DNA of 64,000 nt from NCBI GenBank assembly GCA_963793305.1, contig CAWBZV010000003.1, positions 480,001-544,000 on the forward strand, given 5' to 3'. Under the pieces are notes generated by a model. It worked only from the letters and a program-made list of their open reading frames with translations. It was not told the DNA's origin and did not search any database. Both the position numbers and the translations under genes were made by a program. The first letter of the stretch is position 1, and the number at the start of each line of letters is the position of its first letter. Of the stretch, positions 32,648 to 41,990 are shown in pieces. This stretch comes from an uncultured Gemmatimonadales bacterium (GTDB taxonomy: Bacteria; Gemmatimonadota; Gemmatimonadetes; Gemmatimonadales; Gemmatimonadaceae).

Positions 32648-32782
32648 ATGACCAAGACCTATCGCACGCCCAGTGTCGTGACACTTGGTAACGCCGAAGT
32701 GTTGACGACCGGCGCACCGAAGCCGTGGAATCACGCCGAGGTGAAGACTGGCTCGACCTCGATCACGTTGCTCGACCTCTAA
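32648..32782 (+). CDS. Lasso precursor A2: MTKTYRTPSVVTLGNAEVLTT|GAPKPWNHAEVKTGSTSITLLDL
   Basis: GGAG RBS; manual translation; leader near-identical to A1; Glu at core position 10. Confidence 0.92.
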   Translation: MTKTYRTPSVVTLGNAEVLTTGAPKPWNHAEVKTGSTSITLLDL

Positions 32783-32899
32783 GAACTTCACCGCAATGCT
32801 CGTAGCACGGCACTAGTGAGACACTGGCGACCATTGGCCCGATCTCCAGCGTTCTCATCGCCCCGACCCCGATCGCGTTCCTGAATCCTTAGCTACTTC

Positions 32900-33028
32900 T
32901 TGACCTTTCGCCCGCCGAGCGCCGTGACACTTGGTAGCGCCGCAGTACTGACGACCGGCATCAACAAGCCGTGGAACGCGAACGAGCCACACGTCGGCTC
33001 GACCTCGATCACCTTGCTCGACCTCTAA
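32900..33028 (+). CDS. Lasso precursor A3 (TTG start, possibly silent): (M)TFRPPSAVTLGSAAVLTT|GINKPWNANEPHVGSTSITLLDL
   Basis: Manual translation; in-frame stop at 32882 upstream; no RBS; Tyr-17 replaced by Phe. Confidence 0.7.
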   Translation: MTFRPPSAVTLGSAAVLTTGINKPWNANEPHVGSTSITLLDL

Positions 33029-33036
33029 GTACCACC

Positions 33037-33169
33037 GTGACCAAGATCTATCGCACACCGCGCGTCATCGCGCTTGGACCCGCCGATCAGCTGACGACTG
33101 GTCTCGTATGCTCGTCCAATAGATACGAGACCATCGGCTCGAACGTCCATCGCGTTGCTCGATCTCTGA
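33037..33169 (+). CDS. Lasso precursor A4 (1-nt insertion at 33142/3): MTKIYRTPRVIALGPADQLTT|GLVCSSNRYETIGSTSIALLDL
   Basis: GTG start; deleting one A from tcgAacgtcc restores STSIALLDL-TGA, ending flush against the convergent peptidase stop. Confidence 0.78.
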
Positions 33170-35314
33170 CTACCGCTTCTCCGCCTCTCCCGCGCGTAAG
33201 TAGGTGTCGAACCACGCCAAGCGTCGTCGCCACACATCGCGAACGTTCGCGGGAGATGTGATGGCGTGACCCTCTCCCCAGTACCGCACGAACTCGACAC
33301 GTTTCCCCTGGCGAGCGAGCGACGAGAACATCTCCTCCCCTTGTTGGATCGAAACGAAATCCATATCGCCCTGAACGATCATCACTGGCGTATCGATCCG
33401 ATCGACGTAGTTGATGGGATTGTTCCTCGCATAACGCAATGCATTCTCCCATGGCGGCCCACCCATTCGAGTCTGGCCTGATTCTCCACCGGGCAGGCCA
33501 CCAATCCAATCTCCAGTGGCGGCGTCTCGGTAACGGCGAAAGGTGGAGAAAGCACCGAATTCCGATATGAGGTCCGACGGAGCACACTCGGCGATGGCGG
33601 CTTTGAACCGATGGGTGAATTCGATGATCCCATACGTGCTATACCCGCCATAGCTACACCCTTCGATTCCAATCCGATCAGGATCGGCGTATCCCATCTC
33701 GATCGTCTTATCCACCGCGGGTAATACGCCCTTCGGCAGATCGATGAAATTGTCACCGGGCTGTGTCCTGTCGCCGACGAACGGCATGCTCGGATACAGG
33801 ACAAGATAGCCAGCACCCGTCCAGAGTGCGTCCTCCAGACTCGGGTTGGTATCCGCCGCGCTTTGTACGCTTCCGTCGTATACGATCGTCACCATGGGAT
33901 ACCGTCGGCCGGCGACGTATCCAACTGGCAGCTGGAGCGTTGCCGTTAACGAATCGCCCTCCATTCCAAGATATCGGAGCGCGATCTTTCGGCCACGATC
34001 GATTTGCTCGGCGCCAGCATTGAGCGTGAGCACGGTATCGCGCTCGTGCAGCACCAAGTCAACTCGACCATCCGGTCGTGCCTGAACTGCAAGCGGTAGC
34101 GGCTTCCGACCTTCGATCGCGGACGGCGTCGCCTCGATCGGCGTTAATACGGCGTCTCCGTGCGCGCTGATCCGATACCACCGGTCGTCCTTCGGCACAT
34201 TGCGCTGCACGTGAACCACTACGGATCGTCCATTGGTTGCCCACACGGGCCGCGCGGGCCCAAAGTTGAATATCTGACTTTCCATGCCGCCGACAACGGC
34301 GTCGAGTGAGCCGGTTGAATCGACCCCCACCCAACTCGGTGACGTGGCACGGTCGAGCGGGATAATCGCTATGCGAAACCCGGGAATGTATTCTCCATAG
34401 AGTGCGGACGTACCCTTCCACTCGGATATCGGCACGGGGACGACAATCGCAAGGGTATGACCGTCCGGAGACACGGCGCCGACGGACGGCCAGTAGTCCG
34501 GAACGTGCCGGTAGTCACCGATGGGAATGGGTGCGAGCGCGGTGCTCGTGTGCGACCTGACGTTGACCAGGGTGAGCTTCAAAGGCGCAAACGATAGCGG
34601 CGGCGCGCCCGGTCCCGCGTCGAGTACGCTGGCAGTCGATACCGTGCCACGTTCCTGCAGTGGCCAGGCGCGTTCGGTGATCCGCTGGGGTTCGGTCGTT
34701 TCGTGATACCACTCGCCGGTCGCGCCAGCAGGAAGCGCGGCGAAAATCAATGTGCTGTCGCTCAGCCACCGGCAGTGGGCGAACGTTGCGCCCTGGACGC
34801 CATCGTACAGCCCACGCTCGTATTGCGCCAACTGCAGCCTGACCTGCTGATCCACGCCTTGTTGCGTCGACAGTTCGAGCCGATCGCGCTGTCGGTCCCA
34901 GACATAGAGGTGAACGTTCTCCCCTCCCTTGCTGGAAAGCATCGCCAGTCGGCGGCCATCGGGCGACCAAACCGGATCCCAGTACCCACTGGCGTCGGAT
35001 TTACCTTGCGTGAGATTCCGGCGCACCTGTCCGGTCGAGGAGAATACCCACACGTCGGACCGCTCGTGCTCCATGCCGGTGTATCGCTCTCCTGGTGTCG
35101 CGGGTCGATCGATCGTGACCGCCACCCAAGCGCTATCTGGGGACGCGGTGACCTGTCGCGGAGCGGGAATCAGCGTGAGCAGATCATTGACCACTGCCGG
35201 TCGCTTGTTCGCGTGAGTGACATTGACAGAACGTGCGACGTGGTTTACTTGCGCTCGAGCCCAGCCCAAGACGAAGAATTGCAATGCGCACGCGAGGGTC
35301 ACCAATTTAAGCAT
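33170..35314 (-). CDS. Secreted S9-family peptidase, putative lasso isopeptidase
   Basis: Signal peptide; WSPDG propeller repeats; GCSYGG, VQGDMDFV, YWGEGH catalytic triad. Confidence 0.85.
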   Translation of the reverse strand: MLKLVTLACALQFFVLGWARAQVNHVARSVNVTHANKRPAVVNDLLTLIPAPRQVTASPDSAWVAVTIDRPATPGERYTGMEHERSDVWVFSSTGQVRRNLTQGKSDASGYWDPVWSPDGRRLAMLSSKGGENVHLYVWDRQRDRLELSTQQGVDQQVRLQLAQYERGLYDGVQGATFAHCRWLSDSTLIFAALPAGATGEWYHETTEPQRITERAWPLQERGTVSTASVLDAGPGAPPLSFAPLKLTLVNVRSHTSTALAPIPIGDYRHVPDYWPSVGAVSPDGHTLAIVVPVPISEWKGTSALYGEYIPGFRIAIIPLDRATSPSWVGVDSTGSLDAVVGGMESQIFNFGPARPVWATNGRSVVVHVQRNVPKDDRWYRISAHGDAVLTPIEATPSAIEGRKPLPLAVQARPDGRVDLVLHERDTVLTLNAGAEQIDRGRKIALRYLGMEGDSLTATLQLPVGYVAGRRYPMVTIVYDGSVQSAADTNPSLEDALWTGAGYLVLYPSMPFVGDRTQPGDNFIDLPKGVLPAVDKTIEMGYADPDRIGIEGCSYGGYSTYGIIEFTHRFKAAIAECAPSDLISEFGAFSTFRRYRDAATGDWIGGLPGGESGQTRMGGPPWENALRYARNNPINYVDRIDTPVMIVQGDMDFVSIQQGEEMFSSLARQGKRVEFVRYWGEGHAITSPANVRDVWRRRLAWFDTYLRAGEAEKR

Positions 35315-36593
35315 TTGAGTCAATGCACCCGTGGTAGTTCGGATTATACTGATCGCCAGCGACGGGAAAGACGACGCTCGAGCCGTACATGGCCGGGCCA
35401 CCCCGATAGGGTCCCATGGGGAACACCGAGTTCGCGCTCAGGCCGTACTGACGAACGAGACGACGCAAATCACCCTGGCGATGGCCCGTTCCGAACAACC
35501 AAAAAGCTCGCTCGCGGAACATGACGGACAGTTGCATGCTCGCCGACGCCGTGGTCGTCGAATCGGACGTGAGTGTGTCCATGGCCGGTGTTATCGCATT
35601 CTGCCGAAGCGAGTTCAAGATTCCCGACCACGTAGAGACTTGGCCGCCCTTGAGCGCCGCCTCCGCTATCAACAGCTGGGCTTCAATGCCGCTCGCCATG
35701 GTCAATGACGAGGCGCCGGTTGTCACCAACCCATCGGCGTACGTCGTGGTGCCAGAGCCCGAAACGGCGAGAATAGGGAGTCGTGGGTCGCCCGCGCTGA
35801 CGAACGGCAACCCATTCTCACCTTCGCGATCGGACACCGAAACGATCGGGTTCGCGATCGTATTGTTGTAGATCGCGTTGATGTCGGTCGCGCCATCCAA
35901 CTCGGCCGTGTAGACAAAGCCGAGCGACACGTTGGCGACGGCGGCGGCGGCGGCGGTGAAATCGCCGCTATCCGCATAGGCTCGCCCACGCAGAACGGCA
36001 ATCAAGGCGGCGATGGAATCACTGCCAGTCGTGGAGGTCGCCGCGGAATCCAGATCCTCGAGCGCCTGGGTGAGTAATTGCTGGCGGTTGAACACGGGAC
36101 CGTAGCTCGGCGTCGACCCGTCGACGATCGCGAGTGACACTCCAGAGCAGAGGTTCTCGGCAAACTCGAGCTCCACGGCCGCGCTCAGCGCGCGCAATTC
36201 GCCAATGTGCCACACTGGCTCTGGGGCATACTGGCGCAGCGTGGCAATAGCCGCGAGCGCGTTGACTCGCCCACTGCTCAAGTTACCGAACGGGAACCCC
36301 CCGGGATTGCCGAGCGATAAGACCCGCTGATCTTCAGGGAGATTGCCGACTTCTGATTGGGTCGCGACGGTGAACTCGTCAGCCAAAAGGCCGGTGTGGA
36401 ACGACTGGGACGAGAACGCGTTGAAGAGTGTACCCAGCGCACCCGCCCTGAGAGCGGCGGCGCCCGACGCGTTTTGAAGACCACCCTGTGTGATGACCGA
36501 GGGGTCTTGTACGCGGGTTAGGTCGCAAGCGGTAGTCGAGACGAGCAATGCCGGTAGAAAAGCCGCCGCGATTGCGCGCACGAATCGAATCAT
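35307..36593 (-). CDS. SusD/RagB-like lipoprotein
   Basis: Lipobox TTAC, GLLADE, EAQLLIAEA, FRERAFWLFGTGHRQGDLRR. Confidence 0.8.
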   Translation of the reverse strand: MIRFVRAIAAAFLPALLVSTTACDLTRVQDPSVITQGGLQNASGAAALRAGALGTLFNAFSSQSFHTGLLADEFTVATQSEVGNLPEDQRVLSLGNPGGFPFGNLSSGRVNALAAIATLRQYAPEPVWHIGELRALSAAVELEFAENLCSGVSLAIVDGSTPSYGPVFNRQQLLTQALEDLDSAATSTTGSDSIAALIAVLRGRAYADSGDFTAAAAAVANVSLGFVYTAELDGATDINAIYNNTIANPIVSVSDREGENGLPFVSAGDPRLPILAVSGSGTTTYADGLVTTGASSLTMASGIEAQLLIAEAALKGGQVSTWSGILNSLRQNAITPAMDTLTSDSTTTASASMQLSVMFRERAFWLFGTGHRQGDLRRLVRQYGLSANSVFPMGPYRGGPAMYGSSVVFPVAGDQYNPNYHGCIDSNA

Positions 36594-36615
36594 GGCAGGA
36601 CACCTCACGAGTGAG

Positions 36616-39600
36616 TCAGAAGCTGAGATTGATGCGTGCGAGCCAATACTGGGCGGGCGGCAACCCTCCACCTGCGAAGTAGGTGTTGTTGACCGGCCCG
36701 GATGGGCTAGGTGCCGTTTCGGGATCGCCGCCGTTGAAGTGACTCCAAATGGCGATGTTGCGGGCCGACAAGGTCACGCTCATCGATCGCGCCCTGAACG
36801 CTCGCGCCACCGCGTCCGGAGCCGCATACGTGAGAGAGAGCTCGCGGAACCGAATAAATGCTCCGTCCGAGATGACACCGCGATTGGTAAACGCGGTGCC
36901 ATTGTACGCGACACACACTGCTTGGTCGGCGAGCGACGCCTGCCTGCTCACGGTCGCGAACGCGGTGCCCAGGGCGCATTGTGCAGCGAGCGCTTGGTTC
37001 GGAATGACGAATTGCCCACGATAGTCGAAGAGCGCGCCCACCCGAACGCGATTGCCGAATAGCCCGACATGCGTTCCAGCCGTGACCTGAACCGGCGGTA
37101 TGGTGGGCCCATAAAAGCGCTCACCGCTGGCGATCGTGAGTTCATTCGGCTCGATAATTCCATTCCCATTCGCGTCGCGGTACGTGTACGGCTGGGCGAA
37201 CATCGAATAGATGGGGTATCCGGCCACGATACTTGGGGCGCCACCCTGGCCATAGATCGGCTGAAAGTATGGGCCCAACGTCACCACTTGATTGTGGTTG
37301 ACCGACCCATTGAGGCTCACGTCCCAGGACAGCGGGCGCGTATCCAGCATGACCGCGGAGAGCTGCGCCTCGTATCCCCAATTGAGGACGGTCCCCACAT
37401 TCTCCAGAATGGAGGCCACGCTGCCCAGCGACGATCCGAGCGGGGCATTGTACAAGGCGTTGACGTTCCGCTTCCGGTAGTACGTGAATTCCATGTGCAC
37501 GCGGCTATCCGCCATGTCGAGATCGGCGCCCGCCTCGAGCTCCTTCTGTCGCTCGGGTTGCACGTGAGGGTTCGCGAGTGATGACAACGTCATTCCGGGT
37601 TGCAGCGCGCCGTCAATCGTAACGGGCACGGACGAATACGTCGTCAGCACTTGGCCGGGTTGCGTCCCGGACTCGCCGTATGCTGCCCGGAGTCGAAGGA
37701 GGCTGAGCCAGCTCGGATGTGGGAAGAAATGCTCGCGAGAGATCAGCCACGATACGCTGCCCTTGGGATAGGCGGCCGACCTGAAATCGTGGCCGAAGTC
37801 ATTCGCGCCGTCAACGCGAACCGCGCCGGTCAAGAACAACCGGTCATCCCACGCGAACTCCTCCTCGGCATACACCCCAGCCACCACGCCCTCGCTGTCG
37901 ACCTGCGCGCCCTGCGATACGCCGCCGCCAACAAAGCTCGAACCCGTGGTCAAGTTCGACGCCGTTGCGGTCGCGGTCTTCGTCTCCGCGCGATGATATT
38001 GTGCGCCGACTGATGTGTTGGACACCAAGGACGAAAACAGCGGCGCCCGCGCCGTGCCGCCAACGTCAACGCTGTAAATGTTCGTTGTTCCCCGAGCATC
38101 GATGATGTTTCCGCCATTGACGAAGGTGATCGGAGCGGCGGCGGGGGGAATGAACTGGGAGAAGCCGCTTGCCGACTCGTCAATGCCCGCGGTGAGGCGT
38201 CCGGTAAACCATGAGGTCGGCAGCCAATGCGCTGTGCCCGACCCAGTGAAATGCTGGTTGGTCTCATTCTCGATGGATCCGAAGAATGAGCCTGGGGTCG
38301 CGCCGAAAAGCCAATCGGCGGACGGATCCCGATATCCCACACCACCGGCCCAATTCTGAATCGCGCCGCTATAGGGGATGGATCCGGATTCCGATAGGTA
38401 GCTGCCCGAGACGGAGACATCGCCACTGCGTCCGAGAGGCGCAGAGAGATTCACGCGCCCGTCGTATTTGCTTATGCCATTCGGGTGGCGCACGTTGCCG
38501 GCGCCGGCGGCTGGACCGACCAACGAGTCCAGTGTGTGTTGGTCGTATGCGTCATCCTTTAGATACCCGATCTCGGACGTGTAATTGCCGGATACGAAGT
38601 ACCGAATGTTGGAACCACCGCCAGAGACCTGCACACCGACGTCGGCTCGATTGCCAGTTCCAAGCGGAGTCAATCCGGGATCACGCAGCGGATTGAACTT
38701 GGTGATGCTGTCCTGGGTGCATGCCTGGGCGGCAATCGCGGCCAGCGTGCAGGAGTTGGTCACTTGACCAGCACTTTGACCCCAGCCGCTGTAGTTGTAC
38801 CCGAATTGATCCGGATCGATGGTCAACGCACCGCCTTCAACATGCATGCTCCACCGCGGTGCGCCCGAGACTCCTTGCTTGGTCGTGACGACAATAACGC
38901 CATTCGCCGCGTCCGTCCCGTACAGCGTAGCCGCCGACGGGCCTTTAACGATCTCGATGGATTGAATCTCATCCATTGATAAGTCATTGAACCGACCACT
39001 CGATTCTTCGTATCCGGCAGGGCCCGCGGTTGAGTTCGCGACGCGAACGCCATCGATGTACAACAGCGGCTGCACTGATAGCGTCAGGGATCCAGGCCCG
39101 CGGATGTAGATGTACGGAGATGCACCGGTCAGACCGCCGGGATTGATGACTTGCACACCCGGTGCGCGGGCGTTGATGATATCGCTCAACGACGTAACCG
39201 GAGTGTTTGGAACAATCGAATCAGCGTTGATCGTGGCAATCGTATTTCCGATCGTGCTCAGTCGCTGATTGCCCGTTACGGTTGTTACCACCTGATCGAG
39301 TACCGTGGGCACCGGCACCAGCGCGATGTCTCGCGTGTACACACCCGCCGATGGCGTTACCTGCACCGTGGTCACAGCGTATCCGAGTCGTCTGACGACC
39401 AGCGTGTACGTACCAGCCGTCAGGCCGTTGATTGTATATGCGCCGTCGGGTCCAGTGATGGCCCCCTTTCCGGCCACGCGGACCGTCGCATCGGTCACCG
39501 GTTTGTGGGTGGACGAATCCGAGATCGTGCCACGCACGACGACGGTGTCTCTCGATTGCGACCGAGCGGTGAGACGGTCGCGAGCAACGAGCGTTGCCTG

Positions 39601-39979
39601 ACCGTACGGAGCTATCTCGACATCGACATCCGCGTCGAGCAAGATCTGTGTAAGCGCCGCGGCGACGGTAATGTCCGATGCGTTCGAGCCTCACCGTGGC
39701 GCCGGCAGGGAGGATCGACGGCTTGTAGGTGAACCGCAGTGAGGTCTGTTCTTGGATCGCCGTCAACGCCTCGGGAATCGTGGCGTTGTGCAGACGAAGC
39801 ACAAGCCGCTCTCGCAGCGCCGCAAAACTTCCAGCTTCGGCACGTTCAATGTGGGTGCCGACAATCGCGTAGAATGCCGGTTCTCGTGAGGCCAGGTGTA
39901 GTGGCTGGGGCCCTTGCGCGCCCGCGCCGCTACAGAGAATGACTCCGACACTGATGCCGCAGACGACGCCGCGCATCAT
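36616..39979 (-). CDS. SusC/RagA-like TonB-dependent transporter with N-terminal signalling domain (frameshift at about 39690)
   Basis: IEIVKGPSAATLYGTDAANGVIVVTTK, LRLRAAYGESG, terminal Phe. Confidence 0.9.
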
Positions 39980-39982
39980 GCA

Positions 39983-40990
39983 TTACCTCCTGGAGACAAG
40001 AGTCACAGTTTGCCCTGAGCGGACGACGCTCGCATCGAGCGCCCGAGCGATGACATCGAGGGCTACGTCCGCTGGGATATCGCTAATCGTCACCGTCAGT
40101 CGATCGTCAGCGAGTTTCGCGCTGCCGAGATGCACATCGATGTCGTACCAACGGTCGAGCTCAGGGATGACCTCGCGCATCGGCGCGTTCACGAACGTGA
40201 GATTCCCCTGCGACCAGGCCAGGTATCGGTCGACCGCCACGCCTTGTGTGACTCGAGCGGCACCGGTCGAGTCGACGACACCAAGGGCGCCCCGCGTCAG
40301 AATGACGGGCTTGGTGCCCTGTATCGATACCGACCCGTCCGCGACGACGACGCGCACGGTTTTGTCATAGGCCCGCACATCGAACTGCGTGCCGATGTCC
40401 TCAACGGTCGTGCCGCTGGGAGCAGTGACACGAAACGGTTGCGTGGGATCATGCGTCACGCTGAACACCGCCTCGCCGCTGAGATAGATGTGCCGCCCCA
40501 CCGCAGCAACGCGGATTTCCGTTCCCGGGGCGAGAGTCACCCGTGTGCCGTCGCGCAATTCCACCGTCGCGCGCTCGCCGCGTGCCGTGACGTAGGTGGC
40601 GCGAATCGCGGGCGCCTCTGCGCGAGTGGTCGGCGACGGTCGCAGCGCATGCCACGAGGCGTATGCCGTCCCAGCGATGAGAAGCACCGCTGCCGCCCAA
40701 CCCACGAGCGGGCTCACTCCGCGCGATCTCGGCGTTGGTGGGATCAACGTTAGCGGTTCGTGACGGCGATCGACCCCGAGTCGCCCAGCCAAAGCGCGCC
40801 AGGCCTGATCGGTGTCCGCGGGCGCGTTTGCTTGGGACGAGGCGCGTCGTGAGGAGCGCATGACTTCGACAATCGCCGTCAACGTCGGAGATGCTTGGAT
40901 GCGTCGTCGCATCATCTCACGCTCGCCCGGCGTACCCTCGCCGCTGACATATCGATCGAGCGCTACCCAATCGATGTCGCCGTCCCTCAT
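39983..40990 (-). CDS. FecR-family anti-sigma factor
   Basis: LRDGTRVTLAPGT, LSGEAVFSVTHD, DIGTQFDV, LDRWYDI. Confidence 0.9.
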   Translation of the reverse strand: MRDGDIDWVALDRYVSGEGTPGEREMMRRRIQASPTLTAIVEVMRSSRRASSQANAPADTDQAWRALAGRLGVDRRHEPLTLIPPTPRSRGVSPLVGWAAAVLLIAGTAYASWHALRPSPTTRAEAPAIRATYVTARGERATVELRDGTRVTLAPGTEIRVAAVGRHIYLSGEAVFSVTHDPTQPFRVTAPSGTTVEDIGTQFDVRAYDKTVRVVVADGSVSIQGTKPVILTRGALGVVDSTGAARVTQGVAVDRYLAWSQGNLTFVNAPMREVIPELDRWYDIDVHLGSAKLADDRLTVTISDIPADVALDVIARALDASVVRSGQTVTLVSRR

Positions 40991-41161
40991 CAGGCGATCG
41001 CCCAGGGTGTCATGGCACAGCTACACGCGCCTCGCTCAAGTCCCGACCGCTGTAGCACTGGTGGTGCAGAAGTGTTGCCAAACACCAGTTGCTTTTTTCG
41101 CGGACGCGAAGTCGCACGGTCTTGACAGGCTGACGCGAATACGTCACCATGGGCGACACAC

Positions 41162-41746
41162 ATGTCCGCCCCACGCCAGCTAGTAGGATCTGACCAGTCC
41201 GAGAATGAACAAGTCGCCCGCATTCGGGCGGGTGACGTGCTGGCGTTCGAATCACTCTTCAGGGCGTACTATCCCGACCTCCGTACCTTCGTCGACACAT
41301 ACGTCGATCGCGCAACAAGCGAGGAAGTGATCCAGGAGCTCTTTCTCGCGCTGTGGCGGCGGCGGGAAGCGTGGATTCCGGCAGGTGGCGTCCGCGCGTA
41401 TTTGTTCGCGGCAGCACGCAATCAGGCGCTCAACGCGATTCGTCAGCGAAAAAGCGCTTCACGCGTTGTGGAAGAATGTGCCGCGGATGGATCCATCCCC
41501 GGGACGAATCAATCCGATCGGAATCCCGCGCAGCAGCTCTCGACGAACGAGATCGAGTCCGCCTGTCGCGAAGCGATCCACCATCTGCCAGAGTCAAATC
41601 GTCTGGTGATGATGCTCCGCTGGGACTACGGAATGAGCCACGCCGAGATCGCGTTCGTCCTCGGCACGTCCATTAAAGGAGTAGAGGCGGAACTGGGCCG
41701 CGGCCTCAAGACACTCGGCACTCGACTGAGCTGGATTCGCGCGTAG
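41162..41746 (+). CDS. ECF sigma-70 factor (FecI-like)
   Basis: AFESLFRAYY, EEVIQELFLALW, region-4 GMSHAEIA; divergent from fecR. Confidence 0.9.
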   Translation: MSAPRQLVGSDQSENEQVARIRAGDVLAFESLFRAYYPDLRTFVDTYVDRATSEEVIQELFLALWRRREAWIPAGGVRAYLFAAARNQALNAIRQRKSASRVVEECAADGSIPGTNQSDRNPAQQLSTNEIESACREAIHHLPESNRLVMMLRWDYGMSHAEIAFVLGTSIKGVEAELGRGLKTLGTRLSWIRA

Positions 41747-41858
41747 TCACCGCGATCCGCCAGGTGGGTCATAAGCCCGCCCGTAGACATGCTTTGCGCC
41801 CACTATAGGAACGCATAGCTTCGGCTGTCCGTTTGTTTACCTCTCGGCCGGAGGTCGC

Positions 41859-41990
41859 ATGCGTCCCCGCGTTGCCCTGCTCCTCGTAGTTGTTACCGCG
41901 GTCCTAGCAGCATGCACGAGCGCAACCGCACCTGTTCACCAGGACTGCGGCGGTGGCGGAGGGATGACGTCAGGTAGTACCTGCAGCTAA
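41859..41990 (+). CDS. 43-aa lipoprotein-signal peptide MRPRVALLLVVVTAVLAA|CTSATAPVHQDCGGGGGMTSGSTCS
   Basis: GGAGG RBS, hydrophobic signal, LAAC lipobox; below the ORF-track size cutoff. Confidence 0.7.
   Translation: MRPRVALLLVVVTAVLAACTSATAPVHQDCGGGGGMTSGSTCS

Noticed and set aside
32480..33170. Repeat-variable-repeat pattern resembling a CRISPR array
   Set aside because: The repeats are codon-preserving leader and tail sequences of small ORFs with RBS, start and stop codons; there are no cas genes.
32971..33261. 96-aa ORF from the ORF track
   Set aside because: A chimera of off-frame A3, the real A4 and read-through caused by the 1-nt insertion.
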